Origin: Mustelus asterias
Taxonomy: Eukaryota
Reading direction: 5' to 3'
Length of the DNA stretch: 64,000 nt
NCBI RefSeq assembly: GCF_964213995.1
Contig: NC_135819.1
Span: 45,942,001-46,006,000 of the forward strand
Part shown: piece by piece, positions 24,716 through 38,632 of the stretch
How the letters are laid out: every line of letters begins with the position of its first letter
How positions within the stretch are numbered: position 1 is the stretch's first letter
Notes under the pieces: model-generated
What the model was told of the DNA's origin: nothing
The model's input: only the letters and a program-made list of their open reading frames with translations
Databases searched by the model: none
Translations under genes and position numbers: made by a program

Positions 24716-27621
24716 AAACCGACCCTAAGTCTGGAATTTCGAAAGAGAAGGCTAATTAGAAGGGTGGTAATTCCTTTACCCTTCAACATCTTTCTTCAAT
24801 TTCTCATTTTCTCTTAAAATGTTGTGATTAGCTAAGATTCAACGGCTACATGTGCAAGATCCACAAACATAACCGGGTCCTGATTTGAGAAACAATTTGC
24901 TTCTGACAGTATTTTAATGTAACCGTATTCTACTCATGATTTTTTATGTGTTGGTTAACAGAACAGGATTCAGATTTAATGAAGGAGATTTAATAAACCT
25001 CTTCACTAGGTGAGAAATAAATATTACAATTCTTCTATAGTGCATAAGTGGTGGTAACATTTCTGATTATATTGCAGTGTTGAAGTAATAAAATCAACGA
25101 TTTGTATTTACACATTATCATTCTTTTCTTTAACAAGTTAATCTTCTGTACAAAAGATTATCCAAACAATATACATGGAAACACCATCCAGACTTGGACA
25201 TACATCACCATTCCTTCATTGTGGCTGGGTCAAAATCCTGAAATTCCATCCCTAACAGCACTGTGGGTGAACCTACACCTCATGGACTGCAGCGTTTCAA
25301 GAAGGCAGCTTACCATCATCTTCTCAAGGGCAATTAGGGATGGGCAATGAACGTTGGCTTGTCAGCGATGCACGTATCACATGAATGAAAAAAAAGTCGA
25401 AGGAATGCTATACCTCAATCAAGATTTCTATAAACTACAGATAGAAGCAAAAAACTTTATACCTTAATCAATTTAATAATTTATTGAACACTTCAATGTG
25501 AACGCCAAACTGATCAATCTGATCAGGTGAAATTACTTTGCTCTTTCAGAATATATTTAGCACATTAAGAATTAAAAACCTGATAGCTGCATAATGTTTT
25601 TATGCTTGGACCAGCAGTTATTTTTAATGCAAGAAGTGATTTATTATCATTGACATGTGGATATAGAAGGCACAATGGTTAAATGTGCTTGCACCAAAAG
25701 CAGTTTTCCACTGAGTTATCTGCCTGCATCCCATACACTTGCTCTTTGTGTTGGCTTTAATGCCTTCCATTTTTAAGCATTTATTTACTTCCTTCCAAAT
25801 GTGCTAATTCACAGCTTCAGTTGCCGCCTGTGGTAAAACATTCTATTCCAGAACGTCATTGTGCACAAAGATTCCTTCTAAACTCGCTTTTTGATAATTC
25901 CTGATCAAATCCTGTGTTTTTTTTTAAAATAGACTTTTTTTAAACTTATTTATCAATGGAAATAATCCTTCCTCTTCAGAGTTTAGGCCTTCAGTTCTAT
26001 CACATTCTAGCCTCAATTGCTTACACAGGGCTTGTCTGAATGAAGAAACTCAACTCCTAATCCTCTGAGCCTACAGAAGTGAAAAAAAAGTGAAAAGAAT
26101 CTCATGCCTGAGCCTCTTCTGGAGTCAACTCCTCTTTCTTCTAAATTCACTTGAAAGAAAAGCCAGCACAGTCCTCGCTCAGGTCACCAGTTAAGAACAG
26201 TCAAGCCTTGTTACTGTCTTCAGATCTCAATCTGTATATCTAAGAAGTGCCGTAGGAATAGCCTAGAAAGGGCTATTGTGCAGATCTGGGTTTTGCTGTC
26301 TGCTCATGGTGGATGCTGAGAGAGTTGGCATGGTAAACGCAAGGACAAAGGGTCATGAAACAGGTTAACATGAGTTGGCACTAAGTTGGCATTGAGGTGA
26401 TAAAGGGCCATGGAGGGTGGGCAGAAAGGCAGAGGTTGGAAGTTGAGGGTATGGGGGTCATGGTGGTGGGTAGAAGGGCATGAATGCAATGGAGGGGTGG
26501 ATTGAGGGTATGAGATGGCATGAGTTAACATGAAGAGTGTGTGGGGAGGTGAGGAGGTGTGAGGAATAAGGGTTAGAGGATCATTCCTTTGTTTTTTAAA
26601 AATAAATCTTAGACATGGTGCCAGAGCACAGGAGCAGGCCCTCCACCAGCCTGCCTCCCTTTTAGATAGCCTTTGCACTCATTCCAGGGTAGGTGAGCCC
26701 AACTCCCAGAGAACCTTGCCAGCTCAGAATGAAAATCTGACCTTCCGAAGAATGTTCTCAAAGGTCAGGTTTGCAAAGCCGGACAATGGCCCAATTAAGT
26801 CCAGGCCCGAGTGTGTTTTGTTGCGTTAATTCGGGGTAAGTGTGGGGAAATAAATAATCTTCCTTATTTTAAACTTATGAAAGCTTGCTGCTGAGTTATT
26901 TAATTGGAATGCACACTCCAAGGATAAATCAAGACACACCTCTTTCCATAGAAAACATACTGATTACGAGCAACATGAGTGTAGATACATTTTGTCAGTG
27001 ACAAGATACTTTTCATCCCATTTACACACCGCCTTTAACTGATTTTGTAGACCACTACCCAAATATTTTGCAAATTCGACTGCCGCACACAGAGCTTCTT
27101 AATTCAAGTCACTAATATAAATGAAAGCCAATGGGATCCCAACAATGAAACAGCTTACTCAACCATTTCCCTTAAAGGCGAGTCTCCAAGCAATCGGTTA
27201 TTTTAAAAAAATCAATCCGCCAATTTATTTGCAGATTCCATCTTGAATCCTCGTAATGTTAAAATGGCAGCCTTTTGTGTGGAACTTCATCAGATGCAGC
27301 ATCATCCAGCCAATGCCAACTCCTCAAAAACGTCAAGGAAGCTGGTCATTTAGAACTTCCCCGTCTAAATCACTGTTGGCTATTTGCCTGGTTACCATTG
27401 AAGTAATCTTCAGCTATACCTTGTATTGTTGTGGTGCTGATGCACCTTTATTGCTCAGTTCCTTTGGTGCCCTTGCTAACACTCCTCTCAAGCAATACCA
27501 TCAAGCACGAGTTTGCATTTCACCGCTGTTCATGTGATCTTGCTGGGTGCATCATAACTGCATATGAATCACTGCAAGACACTCCTGAGAGGTATGGTAA
27601 GGCGCCATACAACATTTTGCA

Positions 27622-27920
27622 ATCATAGAATTCCTACAGCGCAGAAGAAGGCCATTTGGCCCATCAAGTCTGAACCTACAACAATCCCACCCAGGCCCTA
27701 TCCCTATGTATTTACCCTGCTAACCCCTTCCAATACTAAGGGTTAATTTAGCATGGCCAATCAACCAAAGCCACACATCTTTAGACTGTAGAAGGAATAT
27801 GGAGCACCCAGAGGAAACCCACACAGACACGGGGAGAAAGGGCAAACTCCTCACAGACCTGAGGCCGGAATTGAACCCGGGTCCCTGGCGCTGTAAGGCA
27901 GCAGTGCCACCTTGCTGCCC
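27622..27920 (-). mobile_element. HE1-type V-SINE
   Basis: Reverse tail, core and head. Confidence 0.85.
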
Positions 27921-28974
27921 TTGGAAAGAAGTACATGAGTTTTTTGAGTATGTGAGGAATTTTGTTTCATCCCCATCAGTGCCTCTTCAGTGCCCTCATG
28001 ATGATGAGCATCAACAACTCACAAATCCCATCCTTCATCCCTCTCTTCGTACTGTGGAATAGAGATCATCCATCACTGGGAATTTAGCCAGTTTGATCTA
28101 TTTTTCCCTTTTCTATGATTTCCAACTCATTAATAGTCCTGCTTGGATTATCATCAACCAAGGAAGACACATGGCTCCAGTCTTCTCTGACGAATATTTA
28201 AAAGTACTGATACCATGAATTAATCATTTATGCTTGTCTTCAGTTGTGGTCCATAAACACCTTTTAGAATACTCAGTCTCGTTTATCTTCCTCCTGACTA
28301 TCACAGTGCACAAATAAATTATTCTTGTTCCGCTTTGCATTTGCAGATACATGTATTTTGAGATTTCTCTTTGCACCTTCGACCGCCAATTTAAAGGGGT
28401 TCCGACACTGATCTCACACCGGTCGTCCTAAAAGATGTGTGAAGTTAATTCTTTTAAAAAAAATTTCACCTCTAATTACCTTGTTCATCCACTTAAGTTC
28501 ATGTTTGGACGATGCTTGCTACCCTAGGTTTGTCTTTCTCCTACTGTTAGAAGACACATAGAAAGGGTTAATAAACAGCTTCTTGAAATAAAAACAGACG
28601 GTCAACGTTTGAGATTCTCATGCCCTGTGTCAGAATATTTGCGTTTGCCTCAAGGAAGAGATAACAGCTACGACTTATCATGCTTCTGGCTCACAGAAAC
28701 CATATATGGTACAGATCGGCACTAACTGAACTGAAGGCTGGTTGACGGCCTTGCGAAAGAGTGATAAGGAAGCTAAGAATGTGTAAAATAGCATCATGGA
28801 AATTGAAAAAAAAAATTCCCATTGATGAACTTGCATACTTACGCAAACAGCCAGAAGTTACATACATATATATTAGCTCCAAGAAGTACAGTTGCATGCC
28901 TTATAAGGACATTTAGAGTTGTGATCAAGAAAGGTATAAAGACCAGCGAATTGCAGTGGGAATAAGGTTTTGAC

Positions 28975-29153
28975 AGTCAGAAATTTAATAACACCAGGTT
29001 AAAGTCCGACAGGTTTATTTGGTAGCAAAAGCCACACAAATCTACACAAAGCTATATATGCACAAAGCTACCAAGTAAACCTGTCGGACTTTAACCTGGT
29101 GTTGTTAAACTTCTTACCGTGTTTACCCCAGTCCAAAGCCGGCATCTCCACAC
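28975..29153. mobile_element. Fold-back Penelope pLTR mini-insertion
   Basis: Inverted pLTR arms around a short filler. TSD aataaggttttgac at 28961-28974 and 29154-29167. Confidence 0.9.
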
Positions 29154-29460
29154 AATAAGGTTTTGACCCAGGATGATTGCAATGAAGTACCGTAAACTTG
29201 AAGGACCTTGTTTCCCCATCAGTTTTACCCGGCTGCAATTACTTTACCATTTATGGGGAGGTAAACTTGAATCAGTGAAACTTTGCTTGGGAGTATTGTT
29301 TGTGTATTTATAAATGCTATTGCGAGATAATACTCCATGTTCAATGGTGTACACTGATAATACTTACATTTACTTTCACTGAAGAGGTGGTTTAAAAAAA
29401 TCTGCACCCACTGTAGACGCCGTTTTGACATCACATTGCAATGGTTGCATGTTTTGACAT

Positions 29461-29673
29461 GGGGTGGGATTCCGGCGCAGGGGCCCAATAATGGTACTCA
29501 AATGTATTACAATGAGGTCCCAGCGTTGAACGGCACGAAACACAGCCTGCCACTGGGGGGAGGGGGCAATCGCTTCCTGCTTTTACGTCAATGTGAAACG
29601 CGACTTTGGCCTTCTCTGATATTTATCCGCTCTCGTCGCTAAACCTGCCCAACGCGAGCGGAAAATCCCAGCC
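29461..29673. mobile_element. MITE-like element
   Basis: Termini ggggtgggatt... and ...gaaaatcccagcc. Confidence 0.5.
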
Positions 29674-30007
29674 TCAGTTTCCGACGCACATCCATTGCTG
29701 CAAGGCCTGTGCCACCAGCAGGGTTTCAAAAAATATTCTTCAAACCTTGAATGCTGCCCAAGGTACAAATATTTCTCCTGCAATCACCTATTTTGGGATT
29801 CTACAAAATTACTAATACATCATCATTTCCCACTGTTATACCTCTACATGAAACTATGATTATATTGATAGTTGACTGCAGGTGACAAGGCGGGAAATGA
29901 AAATATGCATATAATTTAATTATAAAATACATTTAAAACACTTTTATTTTGTTGGTTAAGGAACTATGTGTGTGTGTATATATGTATATATCATATTTGC
30001 TTACACA

Positions 30008-30134
30008 GGACAGGATTTTCTGGCCGCGCTCGCCCCAAAAGCGGAAAATCCCGCCCGAGATCAATGGGTCTTTGCATGGTCTACCCCTTGCCCACTACGA
30101 TTCCCGTAGCAGGCAGGATGGGAAAATTCAGCCC
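30008..30134. mobile_element. MITE-like element
   Basis: Termini ggacaggattttc and gaaaattcagccc, plus an internal gaaaatcccgccc copy. Confidence 0.55.
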
Positions 30135-31129
30135 ACAGAGTTTGTAAGGACTTTTGCAAAAATAGTAATTCAAGGATTCAACTGGTGTGGCCAGTTGCTA
30201 ACCTTTATAATTATGTTTAATGATATCATATCATTGAGTTGGTTTTCACTCATTTCAAATGATAATTCATGGTTAAATACAAACGGTAATTAATATTACA
30301 TGCAAAATTAAGAATGGAATTAAATATACATATGGAATTTTAGGAAATCATGAGTTTTGATCTAGCTTTGACCATGTAAAATCACACCATCTCCCAATAC
30401 ATGAAGAGAAAAAGAAATAGTTGCTTGGTATTATAGAACTTGAGTATTGTTGAAAAAAAAATACATGCTGCCAAAGCTTTTGGTCTTGTGCTCACCAGGA
30501 CAGATGCAAGAATACCAAATTTCAAACCCATTCTGTACAAAGATGGGGAATATGTTCAATCTTTCTTTTTTAATTACCCAAAGACATGCAGTCTTACAAT
30601 TCCCTGTTGCTTTCACCATTACAATACCCCGGCCAATCAGAGTCTACTTGCTAACCAATCAGCACCCCTTTCCTCCTGTGGTATAGATTGTGATTGTTTG
30701 AAACTTGGCATTCTTGTGTTTGTCCCAATGTGCACAAGACAAAGAGCTACATGGAACAAAAGCTGTGGTATGATTTTGCACTCAGAGACAGGAGTCATTT
30801 CATTTTAAAAGTAAATCATTGATGTGATTTTAAAAGTATATCATTGATGATTGTGCAAAGCCTCAAAGCAGTGTGAATAATGTAATCGTCATCAAATCAA
30901 CTTATAGGTAGACTATAATAGCAAGATCGGGCCACAGATATATTGAGCAAGGGAATCTCCTGCATGAGAGAGACTACACAGCCCAACTTTCCATAAAAAT
31001 TAGTCATCCCCCATCAGAGCATCCAATTACCTTTCTAAGTATTTTAGGGTTATAGTGCCCAAAGAAGAGAAAGACAGCTAACATAAAAGTGAATGTGAAT
31101 TATTCTACACGCATTCAAGTCTAGTAAGA

Positions 31130-31510
31130 AACACTTGCATTTATATAGCACCTTTCATAATGATAGGGCATCTCCAAACCAATAAAGCAGTCACAGCTAG
31201 CTCCCACAAACAGCACCATGAAAAAGGCCAGATACTTTCTCTTGGTGATTTTAATTTGAGGGATAAATATTGGCCAGGACATTCGGCATAAGCCTCCTTG
31301 TCTTTTTCAATGCAGTGTCACAGGAACACTTATGTCCACCTGAGAGAACAGATGGGGCCTTGGTTTAACAACTATCTGAAAGGCAGCCCCTCTGACAGTG
31401 CAGCATGCCCTCAGTATTACGCTGCAATGTCAGCTTCAAGTCCTGGAATGAACCTAGAACCCTCTTACACAGAGAGGGGAGAGTGCTTCCAACAGATCCA
31501 CAGCTGACAC
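31130..31510 (-). mobile_element. Deu-domain SINE (SacSINE1/AmnSINE-like)
   Basis: gtccacctgagagaacagatggggccttggtttaac...tctgacagtgcagcatgccctcagta Deu core and L2-type tail cttgcatttatatagcaccttt. Confidence 0.75.
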
Positions 31511-34500
31511 AAGAAATCTGTCTTCAGCATCCAGAAGACTGGTCCAAGTGTCAATCCTGTAGATATCAGCTGGATCTCAGTGGGTATCACTCAGTGGGTT
31601 CAGGCCCAGGATGGGGCCAATTAGGGGCCAAAAAGATGATCTACACATGAAGGTAGGCAATATAGTTGTGGTGTTAAATTTGCATATGTCTTTACCAAGG
31701 AAGTAGAGACTACAGAAGTCACAGTGAAAGAGGAAATAGTTGCAATACTTGAGGGGCTAAAAACGGTACTTAATAGTTGACAAGTCACCAGGACCAGATG
31801 TGATGCATCTGAGGATAAAAACCATAGAATTCTGATAGGAAGAGTGAGGAAAGGCAATATAAAATAAATCCTACAATCCTAAAGGGGTACAAGAACAGTG
31901 ACACATGGCGATATATGGCACAAATTGTTGAAGGCGACAAGGCAGATTGGGAAAGTAGTTAAAAGCATTTAGGGTCATGGATTTTTATAACTAGAGACAT
32001 AAAGTACAAAAGTGACCACCCAACCACCCCCCTGACTTTCTCCCATCCTATCCCCTCATCAGCCAACCACTGCACCCCATGCTACCCACTTACCTTACAC
32101 ATTTACCTTCTCCCTGCCTTCTGAAAGTGACTGGGAACTTTAAACTTACCTGCTTTACGGCAGCCAATGCAGTTAAAAAAAAACGGGGGCATGGCTTCCT
32201 TTTCCCCAAACACTGCTGGACTCGACCCAAGGCCTGGGGAAGCTGCTGCACTGTGCTATTCTTACCCGGCCCAAGTGGAAGGTTGAGTGAAAAAGTTGCA
32301 GCTACAGTGTAAATAAATCAGAGGGGGATGGCAATCCAACTGTGCTCGTCACTCCATGGTGGTCATGGCCCAAGATGTTTTCTTTCAGTTTCCTGGTTTA
32401 TTTTTAAAACTTCCTCTCAATCTTTATGCCCCAATCTTTATTTTGTTTCCTGTAAGGTAATTTCAATGCAATTTAATTCCTAGTTTGATTTCCTGTAGCA
32501 AGTACACATTGAAACACACAGCCAATTAGTCAAATCTCTGCTGCCAAGCCTGCAAAGTTACCTGTGGGTAACTATATGGAAAATCTGGGCCATAATGTGC
32601 ACTGTTAAATATGTACTTTCATTAATCATTCGTAAAGTCTCCATGTACTGCACCTCAACCACTAGACTTCTAATGCTAATTGTGCTCTGAAGATCCAAAC
32701 TACAACAATTGAGGAACCTTCTCCCAAAGTATTTATCCAGATGAAACTACACTTAACATTTAGTAGGACACATCCTCTGACAGTGAACCCAAGTTACTTT
32801 ATTATTAACACTAGGCCACCAAATGTAGGGACCAGCTATTGGCACATTCTCTCAAAACAGCAATGTGCAGTACCTGGGTTAATATTTTGTTTTAGTTCTG
32901 AAGGAACCTGAATTCAGGAAATCAATTGTTAAGCTGCATTCAGTCACTTCAACATTGATATCCGTCAACAGTACTAGCTGCCATCTTTTCACTTCACATA
33001 GAAGGACAATGTAGAGATACATATTCTCCCAATGATAATTATTTGGTCAAACTAGTTGGCTGTCAATCCTGCTGGATGGGGAATGGTCACTTAAATCAAA
33101 CATAACTCCACAACACGGGATCAGGGGTCACATTATGCTGAACGGTGGATTCCACCCCCAGTGCCCTCCAACTTTCTCACAAGTCACTGCGCATAAGTCA
33201 GTCAAATTTCTGCCCATTATCTCAGGCTATAGGGATAACCTATCTTGTGCATTGATGAGCCTTCCGAATTTAGGGGTAAAATTAATTCAATCTAATGATT
33301 ATTCCTGAACAGTCGAATTTCAACATTTGTGTCATACCCAGCTAAAGACGTGAGGTTAGTTTGGGGTTCTGGTGTAATACACAGAACCTTCCCCCTGCTT
33401 GACAGGGGATATACCAAATCGCTCAGTACTGATGGACAGTATCATCTGCCCCTGTTGGCTGGTTGAATAAACTGTCATGGCCAGGAGCACTAATGGGTTG
33501 CAGCTAATGATTCTTTACCATAATACTCTGAAAACAGTTAAGCGCTCAATTACTTCAGGCATTTTATTTGTTCCTTCCAAAATAATTTAGCTAATTTAAC
33601 AATTTTTTTTTGATTACAGAATATTTTGAAATACAAGAGAGCACTTAACTGCTCACAGTTGAATGAGTAACTTCCCTGAGCTGAATTCGGGAAAAAACAA
33701 AACCCAAAAAAACAAAAGACCACTTTGGATTTGTGTCATTAACATGAATATTCCACCAAACATTAGCTTGCTATTTTAATTGCTGCTGACAGAAGTCTTG
33801 TCAACATATTTAAAATGCTGGATGCTTCCTTCAGCATTTTGATATTCAGTTAGTGAGGCAGCAGTGCTAACCACTGTGCTACCGTGCCGCTTTAATGGTA
33901 CACATTGGAGAGCAGCAGGCAGATTGCATCTGTAGGGGTATGTTCCCATAAAGAACAACTGCATTTTTATATTAAATCATGCCTTCTGTTCAGCCTTATT
34001 TCATGTTTTAAAATTCACAATTAACACAGTTTAAATTCGGATAAATAAAGTACATTTTGGGTTTTCAATGAACCAACAGACCATCACTAACCAAAAAGGT
34101 ACCTCAACATTCTCCCTCTTCCAGTTTGTTTTTCATTCAAAGGAAGCAGGCTTCCCAGGGTAGGCCATCATTTATTGCTCTTCCCTTGAGAACGTGATGG
34201 TGAGCTGCCTTCTTGAGCCACTGCAGTCCCTGCAATGAAGGTACACCCACAGTGCTGTTTGTGAGGGAGCTCTAGGGTTTTGACCCAGCAACAGTGAAGG
34301 AACTGTGCTGTATTTCCAAGTCATCTGGGCACTCTTCACTTCCTCCAACCCAGTAAAGACCCTTTCCCCTCTCTCCTCCATCCAAGCTGTTGCTCTTCCG
34401 TCTTCTACCCATTTCATTCTTGCCTTCTGCCACCTCAGCGGGCATTTTCCCTCTCCCAGAGATCTGCTTCCAGCTGCTGCCCCCACCCCACTCTTGTGAC

Positions 34501-34799
34501 TAGCACCCATTTTCTTCCTGTGATTCCTGTGTTCGTAATCCAATAACCATCCATTTCATTTCCATTGATATCTGCCTTCCTTTCATTTGGCCGTGCATTT
34601 TTCTGCACCTCTCCCTTTACCATGCCTTTGGCCCCATCACCTCCATTGCATTCTGTCTCTTGTGTCTCTGTCTACAGAATGCAGAGCTGTCAATTTAGGT
34701 TATTCAGAACAGAGGGGCTGAGTTATTTTTTGACATCAATGTCTATAATTTCAAAGCACTTAATTGGCTGTAAATGATTTTGGGAGATATTTCCTTTCT

Positions 34800-35150
34800 G
34801 ACACATTAAGCACCAGACTAAGGAGGAATGAAAGTGGGTGGCAGAAGCAGAGAAGTTTTTGAGGAAATCTGGTGGTGCTACCTCTGAGGTGAGGCAAGAA
34901 ACCAAGGTGCTGTCTGGTTGCTTGGGTGATCCCAATACCTTCAATAAAAAAAAGAGGTTCACCAGTGCCTCGAACAACAATCTTCCCCCAATCCACGGCA
35001 CCAAGACTTATTTAACTGGTAATTCTTCTCATTTAGCATGAACATTCGTTCACATATCACCAGTGACAACACTTCAAACAGATCCATTGGGTGTGAACCA
35101 TTTTTGGGATACTACAGAAAGGCAGTTATATAAACATCAGTCTTTTTTTA
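34800..35150 (+). mobile_element. Degraded Deu-domain SINE
   Basis: Degenerate Deu core (ggtgctacctctgaggtgagg..aaaccaagg..gtctg) and tail acttcaaa...gaaaggcagttatataaa. Confidence 0.5.
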
Positions 35151-35530
35151 ATAGTAAGGTTCCACAGGTTCATCAATGCACTCCAGCCTCTTGAATTCAA
35201 TTCAGACACTGTTGCACGTGCACTGACCAGTAAACAACTCCTTTTAGTTGGTAGCATTCCAAATTTAATATCTGCAATTCTGGGTCCACATCCGGGCTTG
35301 AAACTACCATGATAAATCTTGGCAATGTCAACCTGTTTTGTTTCAGTGGACTTTTGCACTGAGTGTATCTTCATTTTCTCGTTTCTGAATTCCACTCGGT
35401 TACCTTCTTATGTAATTGGCAGATGGCTTAGGTCAATGAATCACACATTAGGCAGATCCAGTATCCTGTCCTTCCGCAGGAGTGGGGAGAATTCATGTAC
35501 GGCATGTTCACAGCTGTTTAAAGTACATCA

Positions 35531-35642
35531 GTAAGAGTTTTAACAGCACCAGGTTAAAGTCCAACAGGTATTTGGTAGCAAATTGCCATTAGCTTTCGGA
35601 GCGCGGCTCCTTTGTCAGATGGAGTGGATATCTGCTCTCAAA
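35531..35642 (-). mobile_element. Penelope pLTR fragment (subfamily B) with mutated hammerhead
   Basis: Matches 44522-44630. Core reads CTGACAA instead of CTGACGA. Confidence 0.85.
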
Positions 35643-35644
35643 AT

Positions 35645-35783
35645 ATCCCTAGCTATGACTGTCACACTATATTCTGCACCCTCTCCCCTATGTACTCTAT
35701 GAACTGTATACTCTGTATAGTGCACAAGAAACAATACTTTTCACTATATCCCAATACATGTGATAATAATAAATCAAATCAAA
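35645..35783 (+). mobile_element. LINE 3' tail ending (aaatc)n, possibly Rex1/Babar-like
   Basis: aatacttttcactatatcccaatacatgtgataataataaatcaaatcaaa. The clade assignment is a guess. Confidence 0.45.
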
Positions 35784-35972
35784 CAGAAAGGAAATTGGAG
35801 CTACCTTAGGAATTTCTTTGAAAGTGTGACCTTCTTCGCTCCCCCCCCCCCTCCCATGAAATATTCTCGTCAACCAAGCTGATCTCTCCTAATGAAGGTT
35901 ACATTTAGCAAGTAACAACTGCAATGAATACAACCATTTCAGATGAGGAACCAAAGAGCCTTGTAGGGCTCT

Positions 35973-36252
35973 NNNNNNNNNNNNNNNNNNNNNNNNNNNN
36001 NNNNNNNNNNNNNNNNNNNNNNNNNNNNNNNNNNNNNNNNNNNNNNNNNNNNNNNNNNNNNNNNNNNNNNNNNNNNNNNNNNNNNNNNNNNNNNNNNNNN
36101 NNNNNNNNNNNNNNNNNNNNNNNNNNNNNNNNNNNNNNNNNNNNNNNNNNNNNNNNNNNNNNNNNNNNNNNNNNNNNNNNNNNNNNNNNNNNNNNNNNNN
36201 NNNNNNNNNNNNNNNNNNNNNNNNNNNNNNNNNNNNNNNNNNNNNNNNNNNN
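35973..36252. other. Assembly gap (280 N)
   Basis: Run of n. Confidence 1.
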
Positions 36253-37194
36253 CAATTTTCCGTTGGATTGCTGCCTAAATGATGGTCGAAAGAAACAATG
36301 TTCTTCGATAAACTTGAGAGATTGAAAAGGAAACAAAAAATCAGTATTGCCACTAGAAATGCCAAGCTATCCTGAAAACCTCCAACATTTTACTCAATGT
36401 GTGACTGACACGGTCATTGCAGCTGCTTCAAGTTCAACTGGAAAATTAATTCTGCAACCCTATTTATGTGTGTACCCAATACAAATCACAACATGGTCAT
36501 TATCTTTGACAGACAGCGGAACACAAAGACGCTAAACACTTTGCTCATTTTCTGGGATGAAAGAATCCAGTTGTCTCTTGCCAATTATTTTTTAAACTGT
36601 GTTTCATATCACCAGCATAAATAAGTATGGATTGAAATTTCATCCCTCTTTTAGTACAGCAGTCACCAACAAATATGATGGGCCTCGATGGGTCTATTCC
36701 GAAGAGTTCACGGAAGCGAGAAGAAACTTATAGAAAAAAAAGACTAAAATAACAAAACAGCCACTACTTGGCTTTTGTCTGACATTTGATGTACACTCAA
36801 ACTGCTCCCTAAATTATTTTTTTGAAAAGCGCTGCACACCCACTAAATTAGATTTAGCAAGCAATTGAAGTCAGTGAAATGGCATCGTGTTCTGTCAGCA
36901 GCTTAAATAACACATCGCAATGGGAGTTTATCAACATGGCTCTTAAATTGATGGACAGGCTGTAATGTCAGTTCTGCTTCCAACACAAAGCGTGCTAACC
37001 CATGTTCACCTCTGTGAACCAAGCAGAACTCACATTGATTGTGAGCAGGGGTGAATATTTAATGAAACGCACCGTGCCCAGGCACAACCCCCCCGAATGA
37101 TGCAGCACTCAGCTGGCTTGCCTGATACTTGGAAAAAGCTCATCCAATCACAGGCCGATTCCTCCCCTCCTTTGCTGCTGATAGGCTCAGTAGA

Positions 37195-37995
37195 GTAATA
37201 GAGTCAATACAGAAGAAGCCCTTTGGCCCATCGAGTCTGCACCAACAAAACTACATTAAATCTACACTAATCCCACTTCCCAGCACTTGGCCCATAGCCT
37301 TGAATGTTGTGACATTTCAGTGCTCCTCCATGTACCTTTTAAAGGTTGTGAGGTTTCCCGCCTCTACTACCCTCCCAGGCAGTGCATTCCAGACTCTGAC
37401 CACCCTGGTGATTTTTTCTCAAATTTCCTCCAGTCCTCTTGCTCCTTACCTTAAAACTACAGCCCCTTGTTATTGACTCTTCAACTAAGGGAACAGTTGC
37501 TTCCTATCCACCCTGTCCATACCCCTCATAATCTTACACATCTCATTCAGGTCCCCCTCTGCCTTCTCTGCTCTGAAAGAAAACAACCTGAGCCTATCCA
37601 GCCTCTCTTCATAGCTCAAATGCTCCATCCCAAGCAACATTGTGGCAAATCTCCTCTGCACCCTCTCCAATGCAATCACATCCTTCCTATAGTGACCAGA
37701 ACTATACACAGTACTCTAGCTGTGGCCCAACCAACATTCTAAACAACTCCAACATAACCTCCTTGCTCTTATCATCTATGCCACAACTGATAAAGGCAAT
37801 TGTCCTTTTGCCTTCCTAACTGCCCTGCTAACCTGTCCTGCCAATTTCAGGGATCTGTGGACAAGCACCCCAAGATCCCTCTGTTCCTCTGTGTTTCCTA
37901 GTGTCCTCTCATTCATTGAGTACTCCCTTGTCTTGTTACTCCTTCCAAAGTGCATCACCTCACACTTTCCAGGGTTAACTTCCATCTGCCACTGT
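37195..37995 (-). mobile_element. CR1 LINE 3' end
   Basis: WQMEVNPGKC..MHFGRSN, RDLGVLVH, LERVQRRF, and a 3' tail. Confidence 0.88.
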
Positions 37996-38322
37996 TGTAG
38001 GAAATCCATGATCAGAATCACAGCTTCATACAAGAGGTGAGCTTGGATTTCAGCAAAGCAATTATTCATACAGGCACGTTTTAACAAGTGAAGAAGCAGT
38101 GGTCAATAAGGGGATTTTCGTGGCTTGAGCCTTCATGTCCTGGGATTGGTGGCAGGCGAGGGGAGGTTTGGAGGATTTCCCCAGAAATGAAGGGGAGCAC
38201 AGGGCCCCCAGTAGCTGTAAATCTGCCTCTGATCCCGAACTGCAGGCCCAAACAAGCAAGCTGTCCAGTAGCCCTGAAAATGTCCAGAACTCAGCACTGC
38301 TGAAGTGATACGCTGCTTCTGT

Positions 38323-38632
38323 GGGCAGCACGGTGGCACAGTGGTTAGCACTGCTGCCTCACAGCACCAGGGACCCGGGTTCAATTCCGGCCTCGGGTCA
38401 CTGTCTGTGTGGAGTTGGCACATTCTCCCCGTGTCTGCGTGGGTTTCCTCCCACACTCCAAAGATGTGCAGGTTAGGTGGACTGGCCATGCTAAATTGCC
38501 CCTTAGTGTCAGGGGGACTAGCTCGGGTAAATGCATGGGGTTATGGGGATAGGGCCTGGATGGGATTGTGGTCGGTGCAGACTTGATGGACCGAATGGCC
38601 TCCTTCAGCACTGAAGGGATTCTATGATTCTA
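38323..38632 (+). mobile_element. HE1-type V-SINE, full length
   Basis: gggcagcacggtggcacagtggttagc head and gattctatgattcta tail. Confidence 0.9.

Noticed and set aside
35126-35534. Exon-like open frames on both strands
   Set aside because: No recognisable protein motif and no convincing splice pair. The left end overlaps a SINE tail.
35889-36365. ORFs spanning X runs
   Set aside because: Artefacts of the N gap.
38305-38611. Recurring short ORFs such as VVSTAASQ..GPGFDSRLGSLSV, and apparent tRNA genes in SINE heads
   Set aside because: These are translations of HE1 SINEs. The tRNA-like heads continue into SINE bodies, so they are not tRNA genes.
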